Positions 27,804-41,994 of a stretch of 64,000 nt of DNA are shown piece by piece. Source of the DNA: Eledone cirrhosa. Its lineage: Eukaryota. The notes under the pieces are model-generated. The model was not told where the DNA came from. It did not search any database and saw only the letters and a list, made by a program, of their open reading frames with translations. The position numbers and the translations under genes are program-made. The stretch is taken from NCBI GenBank assembly GCA_964016885.1, contig OZ024744.1, positions 74,400,001 through 74,464,000 of the forward strand, given 5' to 3'. Numbering within the stretch: the first letter of the stretch is position 1; each line of letters starts with the position of its first letter.

Positions 27804-28471
27804 CACACATATATGTATATGTGCGTAATTATGTAATCAAAATAAGGAGCGCACAGGATAAACCCTATTGCAAAAACTACAGAAAGACGGGCAGTCCCAT
27901 CTCCTCAGCCAACCTGTGTAAACCACTATGGTGTCAGTAATTTCAAGTTGATACAGTTAATTCCAGTGCACATTGGGACATAACGAAACAGGTAGAGACA
28001 AGTTATGCCTTTCGGTGAATTACATAAATATAGAAGAAAACGCATCAACTGACAAAGGAATAAAACAGTGTGCAAGGGCTTAGCGAAGGGAGAAAACATA
28101 TAGAAAGGAGAGAAATATTCGTAATAATTTCATGCGAATGAAATATTTCTCGTTATGTAGAGGTCTCACTTTTTCTCTCTATCTCTCTCTCTATATAAAT
28201 GTGTGAGTCCCGGGTTCAATCGTGGGTAACCAGATTTAGAAAGGTACTCAATACATTATTGAAGTGTAAATATCAAGTCTCCTATAGAAATGGCTCCTAC
28301 AGGACTAGAAATGTTCCATTTAAAAGAACTCTTCTTTTTGAATGAAACAATTCTAATTCTGTACAAATCTTACAATTCTTCGTATTAACTATATAAATAC
28401 ACACACACACACTATATATATATATTTAAAATGAAGCATTGTGATATATATATATATATATATATATAAAG

Positions 28472-28881
<410 letters not shown>

Positions 28882-28994
28882 TATATATATACGTATATAT
28901 ATATATACACACACATAATATATACACGTTGGAAACTAATAGTCCATCCCGTATATACACACACTCAAACACACACATGCACACCCACACATAA

Positions 28995-29051
<57 letters not shown>

Positions 29052-29548
29052 TATGTATGAAATATATTATACGTGAGTGTGTGTACTTGTGTGGGTGTGT
29101 GCATATATTTATATGCGATTATTTATGTAAATACAAACGTGAAGTGAACGTTATATTTATGTGTAAAAGAAAAACAAAATAAAACAAAAATATAAAACGT
29201 GAATTTAATGTATTATAGTGATATAGTCAGATATATATATAGTCTGGCTTAAGCTACCACCAGAGAAATATCAATTTTATTGCAGTATAGAAACTGATGA
29301 ACAGGTGGTCCTATCTATTTAATTGCTTTATATAGGCTGAGATATCTAGCTATATTATTTGATCTAATTGATTTATATATTAAAACATGAAAATGACTCA
29401 GTAATTATTTGTTTGCAAAAAGCTACATGTTAGAAAATTGATATATTTAATAGTATAGATGTATTGTTAGAAGACACAAGCACACTGTATCACTGTATGG
29501 GATGGGATAGACCAAAGGGAGTTAAATAGGTCTAGTATAAGATAGATA

Positions 29549-29659
29549 TGTTTCTTTATTAGCCACAGGGGCACAAAAGAAGGGGACAAATACAAAGGGG
29601 GAAGTTTATATACAATAAAAACGTGTAAAATGTTATCACAAATGCAAATTAAAAAATTA
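29549..29659 (-). mobile_element. extreme 3' end of Tx1-type LINE with 19 bp TSD
   Basis: Similar to the 3'UTR at 32888-32955; flanked by gtctagtataagatagata at 29530-29548 and 29660-29678. Confidence 0.75.
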
Positions 29660-29668
29660 GTCTAGTAT

Positions 29669-29711
<43 letters not shown>

Positions 29712-30502
29712 AAAAGATAGAACGATAGATATAAAGACACACACACACACACATGTATATATATATGTGTATGTGTGGGGAAGTGTATACATATATATAT
29801 ATATTATTTGTATATATATATGTATATATATATATATGATTTTATATATATATATATGTATATATGTATCATGTGTATATATATGTGTATGTATGCGTAT
29901 TTTTTTATATATGTGTGCGTATCTGTATGTATATATTTTATATATATATGTGTGTATGTGTGTGTGTATTTTTATATATATATATATGTTTTACGTGTGT
30001 ATATATTTTGTGTATGTGTGTGTATTCTATGTATATATATTTTCTTAATATTTTTGTATGTATATATTTTATATATATGTATGTTCTGTGTATATATATA
30101 TATATGTGTATACTTGTGCGTACATGCATGCATGCATATATATATATATACACCTGTATGGATTTGTGTGTGTAGATGTGTGAGTGTTTGAGGGTGTAGG
30201 TGTGAGTGTATGTACAAGTGAACCAGCATAAACCCTATATTTCTAAATTTTTTAAACTATCTAAGTATTGGACTCTAACCATTATATTAAGTGTAACCAC
30301 CCCGCTTTTTGTGTGTGTGGAAGTGTGTGTGTGTGTCTGTGGGGGTGGGTGTGAGTGTAGTGCAAGCCAACCTACATAAGCCTTTTTATTTGTAAACTTT
30401 CTACTCCAACCATCATTTTCAGTAGCACCACTCCACATAAATTCCTCAATTTAAGAATGACCTGTAGTATCTATTTCATACTATTAACCTTATTAATCTT
30501 AA

Positions 30503-30673
30503 GGGCGGCAGAGGGTCGGACGCCATGCTTTCCAGCATAGTTACGTCCCTTTACGTTCTGAGTTCAAATCCCGCCGAGGTTGACTTTGCCTTTCATCCTT
30601 ACGGGGTCGATAAAATAAAATACCAGTAATGCACTGGTTAATTGCTGGCCTTGTGCTTAAAGTAGAAACAATT
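30503..30673 (+). mobile_element. Nin-domain tRNA-SINE (family A)
   Basis: B box, Nin-like core and gtagaaacaatta tail. Confidence 0.88.
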
Positions 30674-30945
30674 AACCTTATTTGAAAATATATCTGACCA
30701 AGAATGCATTTTGTGAAAATCAGTCATGTGGAACTATTGTCATCTTTCCTGACGGTTTGAACCTCACAGAACCACCTGCTTCTTTGAGGTCAAATACCAA
30801 CCTACTACCATCTACAAACTGACCAATGAGAATCAAGACTATTCCTGCTGACAACATCAAAATATTCCTAACAAGCTCATATGTCCCAAGGCTCTGATAC
30901 CATCAACACTATACACACAGAGCTGGCATATCTAAGAACTGACTA

Positions 30946-31001
30946 ACTGCCTGATGAGGTCATAGCTATTCAATGGCTATCATCGAAATATATATAGCAG
31001 T
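30946..31001 (+). ncRNA. intact minimal type I hammerhead ribozyme (PLE type)
   Basis: actgc-CTGATGA-ggtcatagctattcaatggctatcatc-GAAA-tatata-TA-gcagt, followed by AATAAA. Confidence 0.85.
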
Positions 31002-31231
31002 AAATAAAGGATTACGAGTTCATGCAATTGACTTATGTTTCGTCACTATATATACATATATCTATATATATTTAATACAATAACAGAGATAGTTTAAAGC
31101 TAAAGTCTGACTCAACAAACATTAGGTTATATGTTAGTATAACCCAATTTAAGTGTTTGGGGTGCTAACTATATGTATTATGTGGAAAGCCAGTTGTATT
31201 ATTTTATGAGATATAATTAAAGTTAAAATAC

Positions 31232-31352
31232 TGTCATGACCACACTCTAAAGAGTGTACTGGGTGCATTATATTGTGGTACCAGTATGAGATGTTGTCAC
31301 GGCCACACACTACAGAGTATACTGGGTGCATTTTATTGTGGTACCAGTATGA
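31232..31352. repeat. ~63 bp tandem repeat (2 copies)
   Basis: gtca.g.ccacac.cta.agagt.tactgggtgcatt.tattgtggtaccagtatgag occurs twice. Confidence 0.85.
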
Positions 31353-31427
31353 GAGATGTATATATAAATGGCTTCTACAGGACTAGAACTGTTTCATTAG
31401 GGAGAAATCATCAGGAAGCCGACTGTC

Positions 31428-31694
31428 CAGAGAATGTCTGTCTGACTCCCTAAAAATCGAGAACCACCAAACTGGTTGTTTTCAAACTTTACACATGTAA
31501 TACTTATGGTTTTGTAAGTGTTTTGAGCAAAAAATATTTCAAACTTTCAATGCCTTAAGGACCGCATTAGGCGATTTAGCGATCTCTGTCTATAATTCTT
31601 AGTCTTTCTTTTTAGATAGATTCATAGATATTACGTAGCGCCCTTATAATATCTGTCTGTATGCCTAGCTGTTTACATTACCACACTGTGACGT

Positions 31695-31768
<74 letters not shown>

Positions 31769-32317
31769 GTGTGTGTATATATACATATAGTGTGTAACGT
31801 TTTTCGAAATATTTACTTCTGCGTTCACAGGATTGATTTTTTTAGTTTCAGAAGATCCCGTTAAGGGCGAAAGCAGCGATTCTTTGCTTAAACTTTAATC
31901 TATTATTTTAATATATATATATATGAATGTATGTATAGTATATTTGGCAATATACCGAAATTAAAACATTTTGAAGACATTGCGCTATCATTTTAAAGTA
32001 GTGACTATATCACTTACTTCTTTTTTCGGAAAATGAAGGGAGAGAAGCTGACAGATCTGTTTCATACTATTGGTGTTCCTCAGAGCAACGTACTCCCTGC
32101 CTCTGCCGAAAATCGTAGGGTCTGGATTCTTATATAATTCCAGTAATAATCAGGAACTGATTATACAGAGCGATTGCCGGTCCAGCAAAAATTAATAATT
32201 AGGATTGGTGCTCTGAAATAGCGATGTATACATGAATGTATATATAGTATATTTGGCAATATACCGTGTGTTTAATTAAAAATTTCATGTATACATCGCT
32301 ATTTCAGAGCACCAATC

Positions 32318-32397
<80 letters not shown>

Positions 32398-32652
32398 TAT
32401 TCGTGTACATATATTTTTGCATACACAATAACATAATAAAAAACAAAAGTATTCATTTCGCGATAAAGTACTGATTTTCTTCGCACGCAATAAAACCCTG
32501 GTAATCTACGACGAATTTTGTTTATAAGCATAAAATGTAGACACCATCCCGAGGCCTAGGTATTCCCTACTTCTCTGTACTGTTTCAGAAAGGAGAGATA
32601 AACATGCCAATCTATGTTTAGAATCCCGAGCAACGCCGGGCCATTCTGCTAC
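31428..32652 (+). mobile_element. non-autonomous Helitron (family H1), copy 2
   Basis: 31428-31690 and 32385-32652 are reverse-complement matches to 6470-6750 and 4793-5210; ends cccgagcaacgccggg-ccattctgCTAC|t. Confidence 0.75.
31922..32321. repeat. ~310 bp element with inverted tail, nested in the Helitron (copy at 49430-49685)
   Basis: 31922-31956 repeated at 32232-32266; 32199-32236 inverted at 32283-32322. Confidence 0.7.
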
Positions 32653-32674
32653 TATATATGTATATATATATATA

Positions 32675-32757
<83 letters not shown>

Positions 32758-32887
32758 AAGAAAGAGAGAAAGAAAGAGAGAAAGAAAGAGAGAAAGAAAG
32801 AAAGAAAGATAGACAGATAGATAGATAGATTGATAGACAGGTAGATAGATAGATAGATAGATAGATAGAAAGATAGATAGATAGATA

Positions 32888-34983
32888 ACTTTCTTTTTAT
32901 TTGCCACCAGGGCATCAAAAAGTGGGACAAGTACAAAGGGGGGAATTTACATAACAAGGCGTCCTCAATATGGAGGAGGCAATAACAAGATAGAAAAGTG
33001 TAAAAATAAAATAAAATATAACAAAATAAATTTTATAACAAAATCCTTAATAGGGAGGAGGCGCCTTGGGGGGTCGCACATACCCCCGAAAAAAAGTATG
33101 CAACCCTTCTCCTCAGGAGCACAGAGAGGGGGTGCTCCCTTGGTCTTTCATCTTTCTCACCTATAGTCTGATGTAGAGTGAAGGCCCATTCACACGGCCA
33201 TTCTCGCCACTTTCACCCATCTTTCACAAAACGGCTGCGGTGCAGCACCTCTCTCACCATCCTGACCCTTCTTCCGAAATGATATCGGAAGAAACGGACC
33301 AGTTGTTGGCAAGAGAGAAAGGTGTCTGACCTCAGTCCTTTCAGACGCGTCCACCATACAACCTCTTTCGCCATGGCTATTACGCACAGAAACATCGCCT
33401 CTCCTTCGTTTTTGAAGAGGGGAGGCGGCTTGATCGTTACAATAGACTCGGTGGTCAACCGGATCGGTCCCACTCTTGACAGCAGTCGTTCGACATAGCC
33501 CCACAGATCAGCAATGCCCGAGCAGTGTACCAAGGCGTGTGCAACGGTTTCCTCGTCGCACACGCATCTGGGACAGATCTTTTTCGAGGAGTCCCTACCC
33601 GAGCGCCCGTGTCTGTAGAGCCTTTCTCGAACGGGCAGAGCCCCTCAGTAGCACTGCAAGGCCAGGGACCTCTAGAATTTGTCCATGGGTCCCGGGCTGA
33701 ATGTCCTACCGAACATGTTGGCCAGTTCGTCTTCCTCCATGCCTAGGGCTTCTCCGAGGGCGTCGTCGCACCTGCTAACCACCAGCCCTCTATAGAATGA
33801 CGAGGTGGATTCTCCACTGACAGCCGGGTCCGCCTGCCAGAGAGCCGTGAGCGCCTGGGCACACACGGTGTGCCAGGCGCCCAGTTTTCTCGGTCTTTGC
33901 TTGACCCAGGATTGCAGCTCCGTGAGTTAGACGAGTCTGAGAAAGGCTCGCCTCACAAACGGGGCCCACACCGGTTGACCGGTGAGGAATACCTGGAGGT
34001 GCCGTAGCCTTAATGCGTGTTTACGCATCATTAGCCACGGCATCCCCAGCCCTCCTTTCGAAGGGTGTTGACAGCAGATGGATCTCCTCACCATAGGAGC
34101 CCGCTTCTTCCAAAGGAATTGGAAGAGTGCGCGTGCCATTTTGGCGAGCGTTTCCCTTGGGCAAGGCACGACGGTCAGGCGGTAGTAGATGACGGACGCT
34201 ATATAAGTGTTCGCCACCTACACCCGACCTTTCAGGGACAGTTTTCACTCGGCCCACTTCTGGGTCAGTGCAAACACCCTGTTCGTTACCTCACCCCAGT
34301 TCTTCTCCACCTGGAGGTCTGGTCCGAACCAGACCCCGAGCAACTTCACCGGGCCCTCCGTCCAGCGCCCGACGACGCCATCGGAGGGCATCGATCTGCC
34401 CCTCCACTTGCCGAGTTGCAGACCGATCGACTTGTCCCGGTTCAGCTTAGCCCCTGTAAACCTTTAGTACTCCTCCAGTAAGGTGCCGATCGCCCCGATT
34501 TCCGAGGCCGTCGACACCATTACTGTTACGTCGTCGGCGTAAGCCGACACCGCTTTCCGCAATCCCGGTTGCAACGGGATGCCCTGCAACAACTCCAACT
34601 TCCGCAGCAGTGGCTCTAGAGTCATTACATACAGAAGGGAGGAGAGAGGGCACCCTTGTCGGATGAACCGCGCTATTTCGAACGGCTCGGAGAGGTAGCC
34701 GTTCACCGTGACCCTAGAGCAGATGCGGCTGCTGTGCATGGCATTGATCCAGCCCCTGAAAACGGGTCTGAAGCCTGCCGCCTCTAGCACCGCATCCAGG
34801 TAACCATGGTCGACCCTATCGAACGCCTTAGATTGATCCAAGTTGATCAGGGCCCCACCAAAGCCGGGTTCGTTCCCAACCCTCTCTATGATGTATCGCA
34901 TGAGGTGGAGGTTGTCGTGGATGGACCTGGACGCGATAGCACATGTCTGCGCATCTCACACCAGATTGCCCACGACAAGCGCC
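32888..34983 (-). mobile_element. 5'-truncated Tx1/L1-clade LINE: RT + CCHC finger + 3'UTR, frameshifted
   Basis: IHDNLHLMRY, LINLDQSKAFDRVDH, RQGCPLSSLLY, SAYADDV, GGLGMP, CPRCVCDEETVAHALVHC; AATAAA at the 3' end; ~18 bp GATA-rich TSD. Confidence 0.92.
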
Positions 34984-35190
34984 AAGATAGAGAGATAGAT
35001 AGGTAGGCATGTTGAGAGTCACATAGACGTATTACGAGGAAAATGTTGAATACTTTAAATTTCTTGTCAATTGAGGGGACTGTGTATGTGAAAATAAAAA
35101 TGAAAATAAAATTCGTTAACATTTGGAAAAGTTATGAATGGTTTATGTGGATAAGGATACGTCTATTTTGTTATAACGATAGATTTGTAG

Positions 35191-35404
35191 TTAACTCTTT
35201 CGCATTTAAACTGGCTGTATCCGACCAGAATTTTCTAACCTTTTTCTGTTCAAACTGGCTGTTACCGGCTGTTCATACTGATGTTAAGGTATTTTTCTCA
35301 AAATAAATAATATTAAAATCTCATATATTCGATATTATCTGAAGTAAAGCTTTTACTGTGAAATGCAATAGTAAATATAGAATAATTTAAATGGTAAAAG
35401 CTTA
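35191..35404. mobile_element. TTAA-bounded MITE-like repeat (copy at 62934-63170)
   Basis: ttaac(t/c)cttt.gcatttaaac.ggc...atccg.c.agaa shared by both copies. Confidence 0.5.
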
Positions 35405-35824
35405 AATATAGTGTGTAATGATGTGGCAGTTCCATTTGAAGTTGGTGTAATTAAACTACAAGAATATAAAATCGGTTAGATTAGTCAAATAAGGAAGGTG
35501 TGGAAGAATGTGTGTGACACTATAAAATGGTTATTATATCAGATCTGCCAATCACTAAAAGCCCAAACGCGGAGTACCATAAAAAAAGTGTCCCAAAACG
35601 GGGAGAAATGAGACAAAATGGGGAGATTTTACATAATGAAAGCTATACTCATTTTCACAAGAGAAGACATCTCTGACCCACCCCAAAGTATCTGTTATGT
35701 CAAATTTGAAATGTGTAAGGTAACTGTAATGTTCATGGTATGTAATCATTGTTGCTACTTCCAGTCCAGCTGCACTGTACTATATTTTAGTTGACGACTA
35801 GCAGTAAAATAAAATTGGCTTCAG

Positions 35825-36235
35825 ATTTAGGAACACGGTCAGCAATTTTGGGGAGGGGAAAGTTGAGTCACTGGTACTTTATTTTATCGACCCCATAATG
35901 ATGAAAGGCAAAGCCAACCTCAGCGGGATTTGAAAATTAGAACGTAAAAGGCCATAACTCTATGCTGTAAAGCGTGGTGTCTGACGCTCTATCGATTCTG
36001 TTAATCTACTGTCCTAAAATTAATTCTACAATTCCAGCTAGCGATTGAACCTATGGTTACACAATGTAAGGTACAAAGTTCAGCACTCTTAATAATTGAG
36101 CCACCAGAAATTCACACTTAGCAATGGTGTCTGATTTAAGCACAAGGCCAACCATTTTGAGGAAGGGGAAAGTCGATTAAATCTACTCCAGTGTATTACT
36201 GGTACTTTATTTTATCGACCCGAAAGGATGAAAAA
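35825..36235 (-). mobile_element. two diverged Nin-domain SINE copies
   Basis: ctggtactttattttatcgaccc..gatgaaa motif twice. Confidence 0.7.
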
Positions 36236-36699
36236 CCAACCATCTACCATCTTAACGATAGTTAAAGGCCACATATTAATTATAAACATGATTCCAAACT
36301 AAAAACAGATTAAAATAAATCCAGATATCGTTTAAAAAAACCTCGGAACCTATTACAGTCCAAACAACACGAAATTATACACCTTGTCTGAACGGTGTAA
36401 AATATAACATACTAGGCCTGCTAGGCATATGAACTGAACTTATGAATATTTTGTTAACACTATGTCACACTAACCAGTTTGCTGCATAATATTATTGTTC
36501 TGTTGTATAAAGTCTTGTATCAGCTTGTTGTCTTCAATAAAAAGGCTAAATAATGGTATTGTAATATTATCTCACCCAATCTACCTCCAATGAAACATAA
36601 CAAGTACAATAATAAAAAAAACAGCCGCTAGACTACTACACGTTTTCCCAGCGGAAGTGGCCGGAGTCCGTCTTTGGCGGTAAGTCGACTATACCTTAA

Positions 36700-36885
36700 A
36701 TACTTCTGGCGTTCTTGTCTCCCTTTCCGCCCCATCGCGGACTACATTCTTGCTCGCTGTTATCCACATGGAGCTGGTTACACGCAAATACGAGCCCCGT
36801 TAGGTGAAGTAGCTGTTCCAGCGTATCTCCCTCGCCGTCCTTCACGAAAATGTCTTCTCTATTCTGTCGGCCGGGACTACGAGGC
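36700..36885 (-). mobile_element. short retroposed insertion with 14 bp TSD
   Basis: cgactataccttaa at 36686-36699 and 36886-36899 flanking a GC-richer insert; strand uncertain. Confidence 0.55.
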
Positions 36886-37260
36886 CGACTATACCTTAAG
36901 TTTCATTTGTACTGGTGGCATGTGGAATAGTTTTACTTCCATAAGCACGAGTAGGTAAGACATTTGCAACCATATGCTTCCATTATTTATCAGCAACTAA
37001 CCATACTTACCAAACGTTCACCCTATGTTAATCCATATAGTCCAAATAACGACGGTTAAACAACCATTTCAGACATAAAAAGCAACACCAAATATCCGTT
37101 CAAATCTATAGTTTATCCCGTTCCGTAAAGTAAACTTATCGACAGTCGATCGACAAGATCCTAAACCTTGTCCAATCGACCCGAGGAAACAATGCTTCCA
37201 TTGGTCTTTCCAATTGCTAATACTATATACCAGTCGCAAGTCCACGAAGAAGGAGTACAT

Positions 37261-37372
37261 TGAAATAAAAAGTCTTGCTCAAAGACATATCGCATGACCT
37301 GGTGCAGGAATTGAACTCACAACCTCTCGATTGCTAATACAATCCTCTTACCACTCAGCCACTCGCCTTCAC
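37261..37372 (-). mobile_element. tRNA-SINE family B head
   Basis: gtgaaggcgagtggctgagtggtaagagg...gagttcaattcctg..tttgagcaagac on the minus strand. Confidence 0.65.
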
Positions 37373-38959
37373 CAAAAAGTACATTATATACCAAAGATAT
37401 TATTACATTTTGTTTGTCTTGGTCTGGTTAACAAATATGTTTGTTCTTTATGCAGGAGGGCGTCTTACACTTTCGTTACATCAAAGGTTTATTTTGTACC
37501 AGAAATATTCTCTTGTACGATTTCTAATATTTCTGAATTGTTTCAATTTGGTTATATACTCAAGCTGACATCTAGAGAAATACCCTGTTGATTATTATAG
37601 TTATTGTTGTTGTTGCTGTTTATAAACACTGTGCCTATAATGTTAGAACTGTGTAGACATTGAATTTGAAGTTCTATATAATGATGGCGGTGATATGTGG
37701 GTGGAGATGTAACTACCTTTTATAGTAAAATAAGATAGCGAATGTGTGGTAGATATGTTCGTAGTGAATGCAATCTGCTATTGAATTTAAATTCCCAGTT
37801 GGAATGGATCCACTTACTGCATTAATGTTCTTCGGAAAATCATGAATATTACAAGTTGTTCACTGATCTTTAGTTTTACCCAAGGCATCTTGCCTAATTA
37901 AGAAATTATTATTATTATTATTTATTTATTTATTATTATTACTATTGTTATTATTATTATAATTATTATTATTATTGTTGTTGTTTTTATTATTATTGTT
38001 ATTATATTCATTATTGTTTTTGTTTTAGATTGTAAGCTAAGTATTGTTTTCCTAATAGACTTCCTGATGGAAGCCAGCATAAGAAACATCTGTTAAATAA
38101 AATAGTGAGTGGACAAAACGTAAGTAACCCCTATAAGTCGTATAAGTATAAAATCAAGTTGATCGACTTAATATTATGTCCACTTAGATCAGAGTAATGT
38201 ACTTACAGTTATATTAACTCGGCAATTGGTTTACATTACATAAATCACCTAATCACCTTTAGCAATTGAATAAATCCGCTTTTGAAATAATCCAAAACAA
38301 ACATAACAATCTCGAATTTCTTAAGAGAAGAATTTAAAAACAAAAGGAAAAAAATAGAGTAGGAGAGTAACTAAGAGAGAAAGAGAGAGTGTGTGTGAGT
38401 ATGTGTGTAAGATAGAGAGAGTGAGAATGAGAAAAAGAGAATGAGAATGAGAAAGAAAGAGAGGGAGTGAGAAAGTGTGAGAGAGAGCTCATCAAATAAC
38501 CCGTTGATTATTATCAGTACTAATACTATTGATGCTGTTGATTTTGTTAATGATAATAACTATTTGCTAATTAGGCATGGAATATAGGGTAATTAGAGAC
38601 GGGGGTGTAAAAAATTCTTATTAGAATTCACATGCAGATTGTGGGATTTATTTGTCAAATTTCATAGGACCTTGTCATAAGCTCGACTTTAATAAAATGG
38701 GTCTTTTATTGAAATAATTTGCCATATAATTAGAGAAATATTTAGTGAGCACGTGTGAGGTTCGTATATTTTCAAGAATAATAGAAGCGTAAGCTATAAT
38801 AGGTGGTTCAACTGGATAATTTATTACTTATATATATAGTCCTGGTTGTCTTATGAGTTAGTTTAAATTAGATCTACCACCATCATTATCATCCCGATCA
38901 TCAAATTCCCGCAACTGGTGCTGTCAGTTGTAGGAGTGCTACTCTACCTGTTTTCGTAG

Positions 38960-39975
38960 TCAGCCGTTACTTCTGATCCCTATCCCTCGACATCCGTAAA
39001 AGGCTCGGGTTTTTATGATCTGTCACGTCTTTGATCTCGGAGTGGGATTTTCTTTGACTACCTCTTCTTTACCCTCACTGCTATGAAGGGTGGTTTTAGA
39101 CAGGAAATCGTGGCGGAATACGTGATCATGCCAGGCGAGTTTCCATCTTTTTACCATCGCCAGGAGTGTTTCTCGTTTGCTTGCATTTTTGTTGCCTGAA
39201 AAATCTGTTCCTTCAATGCTCTGTGTACGGGATGCGCAACAGCCTTTTAAAGCACTAGTGCTTGAATGTCTAGATTTTTCGTTCCTTATCGGCTGCTAGA
39301 GTCCTGCTCTCAGACCCACAGAGAAGGATCGAAATTACAAAGGACGTATAAGTTGAGCCTCGTTGGGGAAGAGTTGTTGTTGCATTGATGTTCAGTTTCG
39401 TCATGGTCTTCGAAGCCTAGCCCAGTCTTGTCATTGTCTCCTTTAGTGACTTACTGTCCTTTGTCTAAGTGGATCCTAAGTACATGAAGCTGTCCACTTC
39501 TTCAGGTTTTCCTCCGTTCCTTATAATACTGGTTGCTGTATTTTGGATATGACTATTCATCAGAATCTTGCTCTTTTCTAAGCTGATTTCCATTTCGGAA
39601 GCTCCTGACAGTCTTTCCATCTGGTCCTTCACTGCTTCCCAACAGTAAAGCGCTGTTTAGAACGGAGTGCTCCTCCAATGGAAACGGAAGTATCGTAGAC
39701 TTGAGTGTCTCTTACGTGATGTTCACCAGAAAGATGTTGAACAACAAAGAGAGATAAAATATGCTTGTTAAACTCCCACTGCTGTCCCGAAAAAGTCCCC
39801 GGTGATGTAATTCGGGAGAATTGCATTGTTTGAGTGTTTTCATACGATGCTCGGATTACTTGGATGAGGTTGTTGTCGGAGTTGTAAATTTATATCACCT
39901 CCCACAAACCCAGGTTAAAGGATTTTTGAAGTCGATGAAGTTATGATAAAGGTCACATTAGTTTTGTAGATGTAC
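38960..39975 (-). mobile_element. decayed RTE-clade LINE RT/3' region
   Basis: LYHNFIDFK, LIQVIRASYE, SVSIGG, EEVDSFMYLGS, RLLRIPYTEH, KRWKLAWHDHV remnants. Confidence 0.8.
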
Positions 39976-40053
39976 TGCCAAGTTACGTAATGATGATGAT
40001 ATTACATTTTCATTTCCTAAATTATTTTACACCAATGATATGTAAATCTATAC

Positions 40054-40217
40054 CAGCCATAGTCAAACTGCGTCCCAGGAGCCACACGCGGCCCGTTTGG
40101 CTTTCTGAATGGTACGCCTAATTTCAAAATTACCTTGAATGTTTAAGTAGTGCGGCCCACCTTAAGATGAGCCACATCCTATGCGACCCGCTGCTCCAAA
40201 AATGTTGTCCATGCCTG
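40054..40217. mobile_element. hAT (Charlie/MER-like) MITE
   Basis: TIRs cagccatagtcaaac / gttgtccatgcctg; internal gcggccc motifs; 8 bp TSD atctatac/ttctatac. Confidence 0.8.
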
Positions 40218-40803
40218 TTCTATACGTATTCATAAACTGATAACATAAACCAAAGAAGATGAAAATAAATAATTCCTCCATCTCCGGCAAATGTATTTAG
40301 TTAAAAGAAACATCACATATGTTCATGAGCTGACTTAGTAGCTATTTCGCCATGTCAAACCTGTTTTATACCTTTTGCATCTCGCCTTTCTAAATTAGAT
40401 ATTTCCATTTGATGCAGCACGGTGTTGATATACATTGCCCAGTTTGATAACACCGAATGACAATAAGCTCCCCTTTTTTGTTAGATACGTTGACATTGGT
40501 TTCTGGGCCTCGTTATATTGGCGTTACCGACATTTATTTCACCACCGATCCCCTGTCGTATCCGGATCAATAAGATAATAGTGTTTGCTGGGGGTAAGAA
40601 ATAGATATTTGGGACCTCTTTCCGGGATCAGTTGATAATTTAAAATATTACACTTTACATGCATTGCCAATGCCTTTCCGAAGAACCGAAATATAACAGA
40701 CCACCGAGAGAACCTCTATGTAGCTGCTTGTCTTGCTAGAAACAACAACTAAATTCTATCAAATCACATACTACAGTCATATAGCGGCAGCAGCAGTAGC
40801 AGC

Positions 40804-40864
<61 letters not shown>

Positions 40865-41237
40865 ATAGTAGTAGTAGTAGTAGTTGCCGTTACTGCTTTT
40901 ATTTGGACACTGATCAATCACGTTATACCTGTCATCACATTAGTTTTAATACAGAGAAGTCAATCCCGTATGTACTTCCGTTTTTTTTTAATGACGGTAA
41001 AGTGTGTTTTGAGAAAGATTTAGTTGCTATTTCATGCAAGATGATTAAACATGTACAAAGTCCATATTAGTTCCTACTTTTCCTTATAAACGTATGAAAA
41101 ACTAACATGGGCGATATAAATGGATTACCCGTTAGTTTCACCCACAAGCATTCAGTCCGTTCCATCAACCATACTTATCGTGAAATTACTGTGTAATGAA
41201 ATTGGCACGTGCAGTCTTAACGAAATTCAAGTTCAAT

Positions 41238-41356
<119 letters not shown>

Positions 41357-41994
41357 GAGAGCGCGAGAAAGGGAGAGAAAGACTGAGAGAGAAAGAGAGA
41401 GAGAAGAGAAAGACAGAGAGAGAAATAGAGAACGAGAGAGAAACACAGAGAGAGAGAGAGAGAAAATAGAACGACAGAGAGAGAAAGAGAGAGCGAGAGA
41501 GAAAAAGAAAGCGGGAAAGTGGGACGGGAGGGGGGTAGAAAGAAAGAAGAAGAGAAAGAGAAAAAGTGAGAGATGGGGTAGAAGGAGAGAAGGGGGAGAG
41601 AATGTGAAAAGGAAAAAATAGGAGAGATTGAAGGAAATCTCGAAAGAAAAAAAAAACAACTAGAATAAGAATAGAGGAGAATCTATCTCAGTTATGAACT
41701 AGTGCTTTATTTGTGGACGCTGGAAGGATAAATGGCAAAGCTGAACTCAAAACGCAGACATAGAAGAAATACTGTATTATTCTTGTGAGTCTGTCAGTTC
41801 TTCGGGTTTCTCTCTCTCTCTTCTCTTTGGTCCCGTAACTCCTGATAGAATTGTCGCGCGCCTTAATGATATACGCGTTTCTTGGGCATTTTAAGCCTGA
41901 CTGAGCCCATCCCTCTCCAGGCCTAAGTACAGCAGATATTTCTTCCAGAGAAAGATAGAAAGTTAAAGAGAGGAAATGAGAAAAGTATATAGAG

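Noticed and set aside
29294-29330. CTGATGA hammerhead core
   Set aside because: No downstream stem II or GAAA
31232-31352. CRISPR-like array
   Set aside because: Two-unit tandem duplication with no unique spacers, in a eukaryotic context
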